Virus record (IMG/VR): IMGVR_UViG_3300017992_000021
Location: 13,060-77,059 of that record
Source: a virus
Length of the DNA: 64,000 nt
Direction: 5' to 3' (one strand)
In this document: positions 9,425 to 20,498 of the stretch, one piece after another
How the letters are laid out: each line of letters begins with the position of its first letter
Position numbering within the stretch: the stretch's first letter is position 1
Translations under genes and position numbers: made by a program
Notes under the pieces: model-generated
Seen by the model: only the letters and a program-made list of their open reading frames with translations
Told to the model about the DNA's origin: nothing
Database searches by the model: none

Positions 9425-10229
9425 CGAAAAAGCGAGTGATATAGTCCTCCGCATGAAGTCCCGGTTGCTCAAGGTTCGCAAGAACAAGACCGGAGATAAT
9501 GCGCCGCACATCATTCAGGCGCTCGAAGCCGAGTTCTACGACTGCACCCTCGACTTTCTCAAGGCAGCGGTAAACGAGTTCTGTCCGACCGCCAACGAGC
9601 ACGATCGTAAGGATCTCGTACAGGATGGTTTCCTCCGGATCAACCGCAAAATCATGACTTTCCACCCGAAGAAGGGCAAGCTTCACTCGTGGATGACCAT
9701 GATCGTCAAAAACATGTGCATCGACTGGATGCGTAAGAAGCGCCCCGACGTCGACGTGCCGGAGCAGCTATTCGACCGCGCTGAGGAGCCCTCGATCGAG
9801 CAGGAATTCGATCGAGACACCTTTGGTAGCCTGAAGGCGTTCTTCCCGTTTTTCGTGTCGGACAAGTTCATTTTCAAGCTGCTGGCGATCGTCGAGAAAT
9901 ACCGCTTCAAGGCCACGATGTCATGCGTGAACGAGGTTACGGAAGCCCTCAAAGAGATCGACGTCGATTACACTGAGTACGGTAAGCCCACGACACTCGT
10001 GCAGGCAGTCATCATCGCCTTACGCGGCATGCTGCTCACACCCATGACTGACCGTACGGCGATAGTCATGGCGTATCTGGCCAAGAACCCAGAACTCGAC
10101 GTATTAAAGGTCTTGACCTACTTTTTCGGTGAAAAGATGACCGCTCAAATGGTGCTCTTGATGGGCGGCATGCAGATCCAACTACCCTCACCGCAGCAGT
10201 TCTTCAAGCCCGTTGAGCGCACCCGTTAG
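9411..10229 (+). CDS. phage RNA polymerase sigma factor (sigma70 region 2), putative late sigma
   Basis: DLVQDGFLRI...FHPKKGKLHSWMTMIVKNMCIDWMRKK region-2 pattern. Confidence 0.85.
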   Translation: MILDDEKASDIVLRMKSRLLKVRKNKTGDNAPHIIQALEAEFYDCTLDFLKAAVNEFCPTANEHDRKDLVQDGFLRINRKIMTFHPKKGKLHSWMTMIVKNMCIDWMRKKRPDVDVPEQLFDRAEEPSIEQEFDRDTFGSLKAFFPFFVSDKFIFKLLAIVEKYRFKATMSCVNEVTEALKEIDVDYTEYGKPTTLVQAVIIALRGMLLTPMTDRTAIVMAYLAKNPELDVLKVLTYFFGEKMTAQMVLLMGGMQIQLPSPQQFFKPVERTR

Positions 10230-11548
10230 AACAGCGGCGGATACAGCGCGATAACCTCGCCCCACCCCATAATCGGCACCATCGGAATAATACCGGCAGC
10301 CATTACGGCGGCGTTCGGAATGTAGAACACTTGGAGATCCGATCGGAAGCACCCGACATTGCTGCGCTTATCGGCAGCGAGTGACGGCACGCCCGTATTG
10401 ACCTCGCGGTAGTGCAAGTCCGGCACAAGATTCACTGTGTCTAGTACGGAGTCCCACTGAGGGATACCGGCTACACCGCCAACGCTGGCCATTGATTCGC
10501 ACGCAAACTCGTGGGCGTACAACGTGCCGGTCGGATGACCCGGATTGTTCGTGGGGTGCTGGAACGGACAGCCCTGCGGCATCGGCAGTGAACCAAGCTG
10601 CGACGGTAAGGCGTACGCCGCATAGATGGTCGAAGCAGCGATAAGATCGTACGCAAACTGGTCGTGAATGAATTCCCACGTCTGGACGTAGTACCGTTCG
10701 GTGAGATCCCGGATGGCTTCGGTGAACTGGTAGCTGTTACTCGATGCCACCCGTGCGGCGACGTCGCTACAGTAAATCGAATGCACCGTCATTATGAACG
10801 AGGACGTGTTCTTGTACAGGACGCCTATCTCGAAATATGTCGCATCAGCGTCAGGCGTTATCGACATCTGGGCTACTTGATCAGTGCCGGATGAGAGGTC
10901 GTTTGTGTCCACCATCTCGACACGCCCGTTAGCGCCGCCGTCCCACACGGCGTACAGGTTGCCGCTGTTATTGATGTCACAGTCGTACTTGATGGATATC
11001 GTCAACGCCTTACCGGCAAAACGATCGACCGGGCAGTGTGCGCTGATTGGCTGATACAGCGCGGGCCAGTCTTCATTGGCGACGTTCTTGGTACGTGCTG
11101 CTGCTGCGAACTGTAATCTCAGAGACTTGTTGCCGAGCAGGACGTCCTCGTCACCGAAATCAGAGGTCAGCATCTCGTTAGCGATGAACCACCCCGCCAT
11201 GATGGTTGGGTGGTACGTGTATGTCGTACCGGCGTACCCGAGGGAGGTTCCGCTCGGTAAATTGGCGAAATTCGTAGTTGCTGCCCGCACGTTGCCGGGT
11301 CCGGGTATCGTGTAAGCAGATGCCTTCAGATGCAGCCAGCGTGAAATCTGCATGTCGCCGTTGAGTTCAAGCTGGCCATTACCGAACAGCCCGCTGACGG
11401 TGTTGGTAATGTTCGTCGTGCGGTTGTGGAGATCGATGATCTCCTGCTTACACTTGGTGAAATTACCCTCGATCTCCGTAACGTATGCTGCGGGATCGAT
11501 CGGTAAGTCAAGGTCATTTCCCGACCCAGAAAACGGAGGGTTCGGCAT
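10226..11548 (-). CDS. putative tail fibre / receptor-binding protein (jelly-roll CBM-like middle)
   Basis: Last gene of the tail module; KSLRLQ...LYQPI...GKALTISI pattern typical of CBM-like virion domains. Confidence 0.55.
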   Translation of the reverse strand: MPNPPFSGSGNDLDLPIDPAAYVTEIEGNFTKCKQEIIDLHNRTTNITNTVSGLFGNGQLELNGDMQISRWLHLKASAYTIPGPGNVRAATTNFANLPSGTSLGYAGTTYTYHPTIMAGWFIANEMLTSDFGDEDVLLGNKSLRLQFAAAARTKNVANEDWPALYQPISAHCPVDRFAGKALTISIKYDCDINNSGNLYAVWDGGANGRVEMVDTNDLSSGTDQVAQMSITPDADATYFEIGVLYKNTSSFIMTVHSIYCSDVAARVASSNSYQFTEAIRDLTERYYVQTWEFIHDQFAYDLIAASTIYAAYALPSQLGSLPMPQGCPFQHPTNNPGHPTGTLYAHEFACESMASVGGVAGIPQWDSVLDTVNLVPDLHYREVNTGVPSLAADKRSNVGCFRSDLQVFYIPNAAVMAAGIIPMVPIMGWGEVIALYPPLF

Positions 11549-11796
11549 CAGTCTTTCTCCTGCTCATAGTAGAGCGCGATGTAGGACTTCTCGTGAGCAT
11601 TCACGACACTGACTAGCAGTTTCGGAGTTCCGTCGGCGATTTCCCTGACGAACTTCTCCAAGTCAAACTGGTCGTTAAGCCACTTGTATTTCAATTTGGC
11701 CGTGACCGCGAATGCGAAGGCCGCACCTGTCGTTAAAGCCTTCATGCCCGCCATCGCGGCTGATACGTTCTGCGGTACTCCCGGTATATCGGTCAT
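11548..11796 (-). CDS. hypothetical protein (tail module)
   Basis: RBS GAGAGGG; TGATG overlap. Confidence 0.6.
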   Translation of the reverse strand: MTDIPGVPQNVSAAMAGMKALTTGAAFAFAVTAKLKYKWLNDQFDLEKFVREIADGTPKLLVSVVNAHEKSYIALYYEQEKD

Positions 11797-11805
11797 ATCC
11801 CTCTC

Positions 11806-12549
11806 CTACGGCGTGCATACCGTCGTTGTTTCTCTCCAACCCCACGAAGATGTTGAGGCGTCGAAACCGACCGGAGCCAGCCCCCAACGCCATCTCACAT
11901 CATCCCATGGTACCAACACGGTCTGCTGCGTACAGATTAATGACCCGCCAGCAGATCCGCGCACACTGTCTGATACGGGGATATAGCCCTGCACGTAGTT
12001 TTCACCGAGTACGTGCAAAACTGGGTCCTTGTAGATCCCGTCACCAGCCGACAAAGTTGAGAGGCCAAGGCTGGTGCGGTAGTTGTTGATCAAGGTTTGC
12101 AAATCGGCACTCAAACTGCCGAATAACAAGTACTCCATCCCGAATAGAAAAGAGAGGTCGCTACCGTCGATCGAATGGATTGGGTAGAAATCGAGTCGTG
12201 CTTCGTCAGAACCGTACCCCGACCTGCCGACTACTGTCAGACGGCCCGTTTTGTCCTTTTTCAACTGCACCGGCACGCCGGAGTCATCCGCAATCCACTG
12301 GCGGGCTTGATTGGCTACAAGTACATCGCGAGCTACCGGCTGGCCCGGATGCTCAAGCAGACGTACGTTGACAACGAAAGCAATCTGCGTTGGCTGTCCC
12401 GGCAAAGCGTCTTCCGGGAACTGTTTGGTGCGTACAGATTCAGTAGTAACACCTGTAGTGAATTCCTGCTCGCCACGGATAGCTTTTTGCGCGACACGAG
12501 CGATCTTGTCGCGGGACTTCTGCTGTTGTGCTACCTGTGACTGAGGCAT
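11806..12549 (-). CDS. putative tail-tip protein
   Basis: Position directly after the hub-like gene. Confidence 0.5.
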   Translation of the reverse strand: MPQSQVAQQQKSRDKIARVAQKAIRGEQEFTTGVTTESVRTKQFPEDALPGQPTQIAFVVNVRLLEHPGQPVARDVLVANQARQWIADDSGVPVQLKKDKTGRLTVVGRSGYGSDEARLDFYPIHSIDGSDLSFLFGMEYLLFGSLSADLQTLINNYRTSLGLSTLSAGDGIYKDPVLHVLGENYVQGYIPVSDSVRGSAGGSLICTQQTVLVPWDDVRWRWGLAPVGFDASTSSWGWRETTTVCTP

Positions 12550-14403
12550 CTACGCTATCCTGTAAAGTGACGCTGACATAATGGGTTCTGTCCCGCGTGT
12601 GATTTCGCGTGACAACGACTTAATCTTGTACTTGAAACCGGTGTCGTCGTCTTGAATAACATCGCCCGGCTCTAACAGAATGTCCCGCTTCATTTCCGAA
12701 TTCCTGACCGCCTGTTCCGCCAGACGTATCGCCAACTCTCGTTGTGCGAACGTGCGGAGTCCGGGATTCGTGACTTCCGGGTGGGTTGGCGCGATTGCCG
12801 GGACCACAGAATCATCTTCAGTAGAGAAAATATAATTCTTGATCTCGACATCTCGGCGCTCCCACTGTCTGAAGGGCTCAGTTCCCGGTATTTGGGAACC
12901 AAAGTGCTCAAGCATGGCGTCTACCCGGAGTTCCTTGTAGACGGTCTCAAACGGAACACCATGCACTTCAAACTCGTAGTTACCGATCATCTGCAGTACT
13001 GTCATGGCGCCAAGCAACAAGCCTTGTGCGGCAAAGTCCAAAGCCGTAGATGTAGACCATTCGGTATCGGAAGACGGCGGCGGCACTATAGGCGTGGGAG
13101 GCGTACCTATACCCCCGTGCACGTGGGCGCTAAGCAGGGTCTGCCACGCCTTGATCTGAATCATGGCGTCATTTTGCGTAGCATTTTTGGCGTCTAGTAA
13201 ACCAATGTACCCGGCGAAGAAAGCTGCGAGTGCGGCAACAACAAGAGCGGTATCGTTCTCAACCGTAATTCCGTATTTGTACTCCGTCTGCCTGTAGAAC
13301 TTTGGCGGATACACAGCCGTAATGAAGCCCTCTTCGCGGAAATTCTCAATCTTTGGAGAGATGACCGTGCGCCCTTCGGCGTCAGTAACGGAACCAATTT
13401 TGACTCGATAAGAATCCTGCTCATCACCACCCCACGCACCTTCGAACTCGGTACTGGGATCAAAGAACCCAAAAGTGCCTTTCACGGCGAATAGGCGTTG
13501 CTCTTTTTTAACGACGTCTGTCAGATCCTTATCCAGCCCGATGGCCCTAACACAGTTCACGGCGTCAAATGCTCCTGATGTCTGAGGCAGGTTTGCAATT
13601 TGAATACCGGAAAGTGATCTTGCAACGGGGTCATTGAGGCGTCGCGAGATGTAACGCAGTTTACCTTCACCGTTGAACTGCGGTACGAGGTGCAGCATCT
13701 CCCCTAATGTCTGTAGCGCCTTCAGAGGGTTTACCTGCACGAACTGAAGCTGCTTCTCGATACGGTAGGGCAGCGGGCCTATGAGTACCTCGTCGTTTTC
13801 GAGACCCATACCCCATTCAGCATCCGTAGCGAATTCCTTAGCGATCTGACCGATATCATCGTAATTGTTGCGGTACTGATAACGCTCATCCGGGTTCGGC
13901 AATTGATTGGGGAACCACACGCCGTCCGAGGTCAATTCCCACTCAGTGTACTGTGCGTCACGACTGATAAAGTTGATATCGACCTTACGCTCTACGCCGC
14001 GCTCTGAACGTCCAGTAGAGGGCGTAGTAACCGCGTTCTGAAGATCCTCCGTCGCGCTGGGCTGCCCCACGTGCCAACCTGTGAATGTCGTGGGCCACTC
14101 GGTCTGCGGAATGCGCGCATCGCCCTCTTTCAACTGCACGATGCAGTTGTAGAACATGCCCAGTGACACCTTCTCCAATGAGACCGTTAAATCGAGCGAA
14201 CTCGCATCGCTTTTCATATCCAGCGTGACGGAGCCGTTAGTTACATACGGCGTGATGTCTACGGGCGTCTGTTTGTAGCTGCCGCGCACGATGTCGCTGT
14301 CGGAATCCTGCCAACGCGAGAACAGCAATATCTGAAAATCAGGCACGTGGTCGTGCGCCTGCACTTTCAGATCGAGATCAGTACCTTGGTACGTACTCAG
14401 CAT
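12550..14403 (-). CDS. baseplate hub / tail-associated (Tal-like) protein
   Basis: LQTLGE...PQFNGEGKLRY, VNCVRAIG and C-terminal DILLEPGDVI...YKIKSLSRE patterns typical of hub proteins. Confidence 0.65.
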   Translation of the reverse strand: MLSTYQGTDLDLKVQAHDHVPDFQILLFSRWQDSDSDIVRGSYKQTPVDITPYVTNGSVTLDMKSDASSLDLTVSLEKVSLGMFYNCIVQLKEGDARIPQTEWPTTFTGWHVGQPSATEDLQNAVTTPSTGRSERGVERKVDINFISRDAQYTEWELTSDGVWFPNQLPNPDERYQYRNNYDDIGQIAKEFATDAEWGMGLENDEVLIGPLPYRIEKQLQFVQVNPLKALQTLGEMLHLVPQFNGEGKLRYISRRLNDPVARSLSGIQIANLPQTSGAFDAVNCVRAIGLDKDLTDVVKKEQRLFAVKGTFGFFDPSTEFEGAWGGDEQDSYRVKIGSVTDAEGRTVISPKIENFREEGFITAVYPPKFYRQTEYKYGITVENDTALVVAALAAFFAGYIGLLDAKNATQNDAMIQIKAWQTLLSAHVHGGIGTPPTPIVPPPSSDTEWSTSTALDFAAQGLLLGAMTVLQMIGNYEFEVHGVPFETVYKELRVDAMLEHFGSQIPGTEPFRQWERRDVEIKNYIFSTEDDSVVPAIAPTHPEVTNPGLRTFAQRELAIRLAEQAVRNSEMKRDILLEPGDVIQDDDTGFKYKIKSLSREITRGTEPIMSASLYRIA

Positions 14404-17400
14404 TACAAGTAACCTTCGGGCGACAGTTTCAGCGGGCTCGAATAGTCCGCTGTCAGTTTATATCCGACGTACGTAACCTGCCCGTTGAAATGCGCTGCGG
14501 CGACAATGACGTAATCATCGATCGCCAGTTCGCGTCCGGCATCACCAAGCTGGTACGCGGTGCCGAGTAACAACGCGCCGTTAATCGTACGCTTGCGGAA
14601 CGTGGACGGGTTACGGATGACGACCTTGGCCATATTGTAGCTGGTAAAAGAGCCGTCATTTTCAAATTCAACTTCATTGGTCGCCGCAATGAACTTCATG
14701 CGCGGCATCGAGAACTGGTACGCGGCAGAAGCTAGTCCGCCGGACGAAGGTCCGCCACGGTTGGCGATCGCCATCGTCGTATTCGGCTGTTGGAGTTCCT
14801 TAAAAGCGTAGAAGGTGTTCGCGATACGCACCGCCGACTTGTCGGTGGTCCCGTCGAAGTGTAAGTCCACGTGTGCTGTCGCCGGAGAAGCAAATAGCTG
14901 AGACCCCTTACCGAACAAACCAAGACGGTACACGACGCTCTCCGCCACGTTGTACAACGTGATGGTGCCGACATCGCCGACCAACGTGACGTCCTTCTGT
15001 CCACCGCTGGCTTGTACCTCGGCCAAACTGTTTGGCGGGAACATGATTGTATTACCGTCGAAAAACGCGTCGATCGTGTTACTGCCCTCAAGCTGGAGTT
15101 TCTGTACAGTTGATGGCACCGTTACGACAACGACATTGCCGCCGTTAGTCCACTGCACCTGCACATAATCCGCCTGCCGGGACATCACGGTAGATAGATT
15201 GTAATCGACGGTGGTGCCCGGAGCCTGAGCCAGAGTGACCAAACCCAGCTTGTCACCTGTGAAAATGAACCCGCTACCGTTCCATACAGCGGGCGTCGTG
15301 ATCGACATGATGCCCCACTGGTTGAACACGAACTGCGGCATCTCTTCAATGACGTCAAGGTCTGGACGCTCCCACATCAGAGGTTCGCCATCGACATTAA
15401 TCGGGAACGTCTCGCGCACTGTGTAATCGAGCAACGTCGTCGCATCAACGAGAACGTCTGCTTCAATCACGTAGAATGAATCACCCGCGCTTAAAAGAGA
15501 GCGTACATCTAAAACGGGAATCGAGGTACCTGCATCGGGTAGCCGAAGGGACACAAGCGAATTCCATAAATCGGCCTCGTCCGTCCAAGTAGCGACAGTA
15601 GTTCCAGATTCGTCGATCAGTTTGATGTTCGACAGGTTCGGGTACGGTTGCGGGGCAGCCGGTGCTGGGTCGTAAAAGTCCAGATAGTTCGGGAACCCTA
15701 TGAACGGCCATGTTACCAACCTCGAATTAAGTAGGTACGTAGGCGGAGCATCGAGATCCGCGATCGCGCGTTGCCCGCCGACGGCATAAAGTGTGAGTAG
15801 CTGGTCCCAGAGAGGCACCTGCCTCACCACGACCTGAGTATCTGTAACGCCACACAGCAGGATGTACTGGTCTTCGTGGCCTAGCCGGTGTAAGAACCTG
15901 TTATTACTGAAATCGACGATCTCGCTGATGTTGACTTTACCGCCAACAATGACCGCCTTCGGATTGATGTCTTTCATGCCGTTCTTACCGACAGCTATGA
16001 GAGACTCGAAGCGAGGGCCAACCGAGTACAGGTTATTGACGAACTCAAGATACGCGTCTTCACCCGGATTAAAATCGATGTAGTAGAAATTCGGGTTACC
16101 GGTGCCGCTTACGGCGAGATACATCCGGTTGAGTTCCACATCGTATGCCAGCGCCACGATATTGTTGAGACCGATATTATCTATCAGCACGTTCGCGCCG
16201 GTCTCTTTATGAATCCAGTACATGTCGCGCGGATTGGAAATATCGACGCCAATCAGATGGCGGTAGTCCTCACGGGCGGTGACGCCGTACATCCGATTCG
16301 CCATTGAATCGCTACTATCGAGACTGAAGTCGTCGTTTGGATCGTATCGACGCATTACCCCGACGGCGCTGGGCGTGTACACGATGTACAGGAAATCGGT
16401 CTCCTCATCGAAGCAAATATCGCGACACTGCGAAGCAAGCGTCTCCGTAGAAATTTGCGTCCACGTATTATCGTTGCGGTCGATCTCATACAAGAACGCG
16501 CTGCCGGTTGCTGTTGTCGCGCCGTACAATTTGTTACGCACCCTATCGAACGCCAAACCCGTCGGATTACCCGTTAAGGTAGCGGGGGTCCCGATGCGTG
16601 TTAAAGCGCCGGTAGCGACGTCGACCTCAAGGATGCTCTTACCGCCGTCAGCGGTACAGGCGTACAGTTTCTGGTTTACTGAATCCCACGCTAGGCCGGT
16701 AATACTGCGCGGTGTGGCGCCTTCGAGAAACTGTCCTATAGACGTCGGCCCGGTAAATCCAAGAGGGTCTTCGATCGCCTGCTTGATGGTCGCTTGCGCG
16801 ATGCCGAGATCCGTACCGCTGTACTGGTCCCAACCGGGGAAATCCTTGCGACGGAACTTGGTAAAGCTGTACGACGACCCGCCCCACGTAACGGTATACA
16901 ACTGCCGCGCTGTGGCTTCTACGGAGCCGTTCTTCATGAAGTCGATCGCGAATATCGCATCGCGCTGCTTATCCAGCAGTTCCAGCATGTACGTCTGCGC
17001 TTCCGTCGGCCAATTAGCCGTGGACGCAGGCAGCACTATACCGTCGCCACCGGAGCGCAGGCGGATCTCGGTAGACGGCGGTGTCGCGCCGAAGCGGAAA
17101 TCGGTACCGCTCAGCAGCACGTTCGGTATATCGCCGTCATCGTAAAGCGTGAAGTCAATCGGTACTTCAAGCGGCGACACAACGCGGAACGCGATCACGT
17201 AGTCTTTATAATTCGGGTCGTTTTGTGCTGATCGCAGTCGCACTCGCAAGTTGTACAGGTGCTGGGCATCTGGGTTAGAGAGTTCGAAAGTACCTGTGCT
17301 CGATATCGGCTCTTGGTTAATCGCGATAACACGCGCAGTAGTCGTTCCTTCAATAACGCCGTCTTCAAAGACGCTGATGTATTGTGCTCCGCCATAACTA

Positions 17401-17555
17401 CGTACCCCTCCGTCGTTGCGCCAGAACGGGAGGACCGCCAAGGGGATGCTCACGGTACCACTCAACGTCGGGACGTTGATCGTAACCACGTTCGAAGGAT
17501 CAGTCAGATCGACAAATCCTTCAGGGTTATTTACACCAGTGCCGGGTTCTGCCAT
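14403..17555 (-). CDS. large tail protein with an inserted beta-propeller
   Basis: 1050 aa; five repeats GLAWD/GLAFD/DICFD/GVTAR/ALAYD...LY. Confidence 0.65.
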   Translation of the reverse strand: MAEPGTGVNNPEGFVDLTDPSNVVTINVPTLSGTVSIPLAVLPFWRNDGGVRSYGGAQYISVFEDGVIEGTTTARVIAINQEPISSTGTFELSNPDAQHLYNLRVRLRSAQNDPNYKDYVIAFRVVSPLEVPIDFTLYDDGDIPNVLLSGTDFRFGATPPSTEIRLRSGGDGIVLPASTANWPTEAQTYMLELLDKQRDAIFAIDFMKNGSVEATARQLYTVTWGGSSYSFTKFRRKDFPGWDQYSGTDLGIAQATIKQAIEDPLGFTGPTSIGQFLEGATPRSITGLAWDSVNQKLYACTADGGKSILEVDVATGALTRIGTPATLTGNPTGLAFDRVRNKLYGATTATGSAFLYEIDRNDNTWTQISTETLASQCRDICFDEETDFLYIVYTPSAVGVMRRYDPNDDFSLDSSDSMANRMYGVTAREDYRHLIGVDISNPRDMYWIHKETGANVLIDNIGLNNIVALAYDVELNRMYLAVSGTGNPNFYYIDFNPGEDAYLEFVNNLYSVGPRFESLIAVGKNGMKDINPKAVIVGGKVNISEIVDFSNNRFLHRLGHEDQYILLCGVTDTQVVVRQVPLWDQLLTLYAVGGQRAIADLDAPPTYLLNSRLVTWPFIGFPNYLDFYDPAPAAPQPYPNLSNIKLIDESGTTVATWTDEADLWNSLVSLRLPDAGTSIPVLDVRSLLSAGDSFYVIEADVLVDATTLLDYTVRETFPINVDGEPLMWERPDLDVIEEMPQFVFNQWGIMSITTPAVWNGSGFIFTGDKLGLVTLAQAPGTTVDYNLSTVMSRQADYVQVQWTNGGNVVVVTVPSTVQKLQLEGSNTIDAFFDGNTIMFPPNSLAEVQASGGQKDVTLVGDVGTITLYNVAESVVYRLGLFGKGSQLFASPATAHVDLHFDGTTDKSAVRIANTFYAFKELQQPNTTMAIANRGGPSSGGLASAAYQFSMPRMKFIAATNEVEFENDGSFTSYNMAKVVIRNPSTFRKRTINGALLLGTAYQLGDAGRELAIDDYVIVAAAHFNGQVTYVGYKLTADYSSPLKLSPEGYL

Positions 17556-18988
17556 TAGAGCATCTCCACTCTCACAACGTTACTCATGCGCGATTCTACA
17601 GGAAATCTGAAGCCCCACAAAGGCCCAGCGTGACCCGTGGTGATTGAACCCGCCGGAGCAATGATTATTTGCACGGCAAGAACGTCACCCGGAACTACTA
17701 ACGTGAAATTGATCGGCAGCATCAACCACCCCGGCCCGCCGGGTTGATTCAAGATTACCCCTAGGGGATCTGACTGCCAGATCATGCCGCCGCCCCACGA
17801 ATATACCAACCCGAAGATATTATCCCGGCGGACTGCCGACTGATAATCGTTGTACGGGCCGGGCGCAGCATTCTCATACGATAATTCAACGCCGAACGTA
17901 CCGGGGCCTGTGTACTCGGCAGAATATCCGCCAAAAACCACCATGTCGAACGGGGTGCTACCGTAGCTGGCCGGAGGCCAGAAATACATTGGGATCGTGG
18001 TCCCCAGCAGCACCTTATCCTGCGTAGGCCACAACAGCGGCTGGCCGTCAAGGATGGCTAGCCCGTCATTTGGGCTTGGCGTGCTTACTGAAATGATGCT
18101 CGGACCGTCTGCGTAATCAGGCGGGATAGTACCGGGAACTCCCGGCGGTAGTGGCGTCGTAATACCCGGCGTGACCTGCATCATGCGCTCGCGATGCCAC
18201 CGCTCCCAATCGCCAATCACGTGCGTGTACGCTGTGCCGTAAGCGTTCAGGAAAAGTTCGTCGTACCACAGTTGTGCTGGCACGCTAGGCTCGGGCAATC
18301 TTGTGTATGGGTCTGCGACCGGTACTCGATCACGTACCGGATCGAGCAGTGCTTCATCCGGGTCGTACACGCCGTCGGCAGGATCTCGCGTGATATTGTC
18401 GTAAAACTCGTCGCCGCATCCTTGATTTCTGGGATCGCCGGAAAACCGCGATGTCATCGGGTCAGGCAGGCCAAACTGAATGATCGGGGCTATTTCAGGC
18501 GGGTCGAACTCTGTCCAGCAGCATGCGAATGCGGCGGTGGCACTTGTAATTCTGTCGGAGCATTCGGATACCCAACCTGTCGGACCTTCGGCAACCCAGA
18601 AATAGTACGTGCTTTCAATGGTCTTCGAAACGTTCTTAATAACAAGATCCAACTTGAAGCACTGTGGCGCGTAGTAATTCACGCCTTGCGGGAAGCCGAG
18701 CTTTTCCCCGCCAAGCGCGCCTTCGAGTTCCCATTGATTTTCCGATGTCTGTGTTGGGTAGCGTGTAGCGACTAGCGTTTCTGCGTCATCGACTACTCGG
18801 CTCAACAGGAATTTAACGCTGCCGACGTGTTGGTTGGTCGTGACCACAAGACGAACGCCGAGCCCGAGCAGCATAGGGTTGTGCGGCGACATGCCCGCAT
18901 CGGCCTCTCCCAACACCAAAAACAGCCGGTCATTGAAACCGCGCTTGGTCTTGAGTAGCTCGCCCCTTAATGTGGTCGGACTGGCCAT
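17555..18988 (-). CDS. putative minor tail protein
   Basis: Tail module position; TAATG overlaps on both sides. Confidence 0.55.
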   Translation of the reverse strand: MASPTTLRGELLKTKRGFNDRLFLVLGEADAGMSPHNPMLLGLGVRLVVTTNQHVGSVKFLLSRVVDDAETLVATRYPTQTSENQWELEGALGGEKLGFPQGVNYYAPQCFKLDLVIKNVSKTIESTYYFWVAEGPTGWVSECSDRITSATAAFACCWTEFDPPEIAPIIQFGLPDPMTSRFSGDPRNQGCGDEFYDNITRDPADGVYDPDEALLDPVRDRVPVADPYTRLPEPSVPAQLWYDELFLNAYGTAYTHVIGDWERWHRERMMQVTPGITTPLPPGVPGTIPPDYADGPSIISVSTPSPNDGLAILDGQPLLWPTQDKVLLGTTIPMYFWPPASYGSTPFDMVVFGGYSAEYTGPGTFGVELSYENAAPGPYNDYQSAVRRDNIFGLVYSWGGGMIWQSDPLGVILNQPGGPGWLMLPINFTLVVPGDVLAVQIIIAPAGSITTGHAGPLWGFRFPVESRMSNVVRVEML

Positions 18989-19809
18989 TAACAACCCTCG
19001 TCAATCGTCTCCAGTGTGTCTGAGCAGACGTTGGTGCCGTTCCAAGCGTTAAATCCGGCGTCAAGATCCTCGATCGTGTAATCCGCGTCGTAATCCTCCG
19101 CGCTTATGTCCCTCGTGAGGATGATACCGTTATGGTAGTCGGTGAAGTAATTGAAGAACGGACACAGTATGCCACTCTCAACGGTCATGAGTAATTCGGA
19201 CTCATCAAACCAGAATGTTATCTGCTGAGAGCCACTCGGGTCGTAATCAAGACTTCCGATGTGGCGCCAGATTCGTACCTTGGCCCTTTGGAATTGTTCG
19301 AACATCTCGAAGTCACCGACATTTTCAGTGGCGCAACCACGTACAGGGATTGGCTCGGCAGCGACGTACACAAAATATTCCTGAACAGCCCTGCGTACGA
19401 TGTTTGTAGTGGTGACTGTGATTTTGAACGTGACTCCGGACTCATAGTCGTTCTCCGTAATGCCGCTGAAGCCAAGCGTATCCTCATCGCCTGCTACCGC
19501 CATCATCTCGTAACGCTGCGCGGTTATCTGCTTGAACAGGCTAGTGATGTCCTTACTTACTGACCCAGCTTCGTATTCTAGCGTAACCGTAAAACTACGG
19601 GCGTACTGATTAAGGTCGAGCACAACTGTGAGGCCGAGATCCTTCAAGATGGAATTGTTGATCGCGTCCTGATCGCCATGTCCGGCATCAAATAAGTTGA
19701 GGCGTCGCGCTTCCGATCGTGATGCGTTACGGGGCGGGCGCTCGCCCCAGTAGGCGTCGCTGTAGTTGCTCGAAGTATGGCTAAAACCATACGGCATCAC
19801 GTCCCTCAC
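18988..19809 (-). CDS. putative minor tail protein
   Basis: Tail module position; coupled stop/start. Confidence 0.55.
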   Translation of the reverse strand: MRDVMPYGFSHTSSNYSDAYWGERPPRNASRSEARRLNLFDAGHGDQDAINNSILKDLGLTVVLDLNQYARSFTVTLEYEAGSVSKDITSLFKQITAQRYEMMAVAGDEDTLGFSGITENDYESGVTFKITVTTTNIVRRAVQEYFVYVAAEPIPVRGCATENVGDFEMFEQFQRAKVRIWRHIGSLDYDPSGSQQITFWFDESELLMTVESGILCPFFNYFTDYHNGIILTRDISAEDYDADYTIEDLDAGFNAWNGTNVCSDTLETIDEGC

Positions 19810-20498
19810 TCATTGATATTGAACAACCCAGCTTCTCCGGTATCGCTTCCGCCAACCGCGAACAGGTTCGCCTGCGGTAACTCTTCTGCGCGGATGCGTA
19901 ACCAGATTTGCAATTCATTTACAGCCCAACGTTCCTGACTGTCTTGCATCGTAATCGTTGGCGTACCATCTGTTTGTCGAACAACATCAATGATATGGCG
20001 GGCAGAATACCCGCGATATTCGGGATTCCACTCTTCACCGTTCACGGTGATCTTCAGGATGTCCACCGCGTACGCTTTATGGTTACGGTCGTAGGGCCGC
20101 CAGATGATGAATTCCCCGTTATCCCAGTCAGGATCGTTCAACCACATGCGTTCGATTTTATGGATGAACTCCCACGTCGCCGACAGGCCGCCATCGGGGC
20201 GGAAAATCTCTTTGACGAGGGCGTCTTCGATAACGCGATCGTACTTGGCAAAGACGTTCGATTTCAACGTCTTTGAAATCGCTAAATCACGCGTCGCCCG
20301 GACATCCCACGTAAAGTCCGTGGTTTCATCAGGCAGCCAAGGGTAAATCGCCCGGCGTTGCTCCAGCGTATCCAACGCGTTGTGGTACAGCAATCGCGTA
20401 CCGTTCACGCTGTTGGAGAGCGGGTTATAGTACGCGGCGATATGGGAGCCGTGCATGTACGGCCCATACCGAGGACTGGTTCGGGCGAATGTCAGCAT
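19806..20498 (-). CDS. putative distal tail / minor tail protein
   Basis: Position downstream of the TMP; size. Confidence 0.5.
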   Translation of the reverse strand: MLTFARTSPRYGPYMHGSHIAAYYNPLSNSVNGTRLLYHNALDTLEQRRAIYPWLPDETTDFTWDVRATRDLAISKTLKSNVFAKYDRVIEDALVKEIFRPDGGLSATWEFIHKIERMWLNDPDWDNGEFIIWRPYDRNHKAYAVDILKITVNGEEWNPEYRGYSARHIIDVVRQTDGTPTITMQDSQERWAVNELQIWLRIRAEELPQANLFAVGGSDTGEAGLFNINE

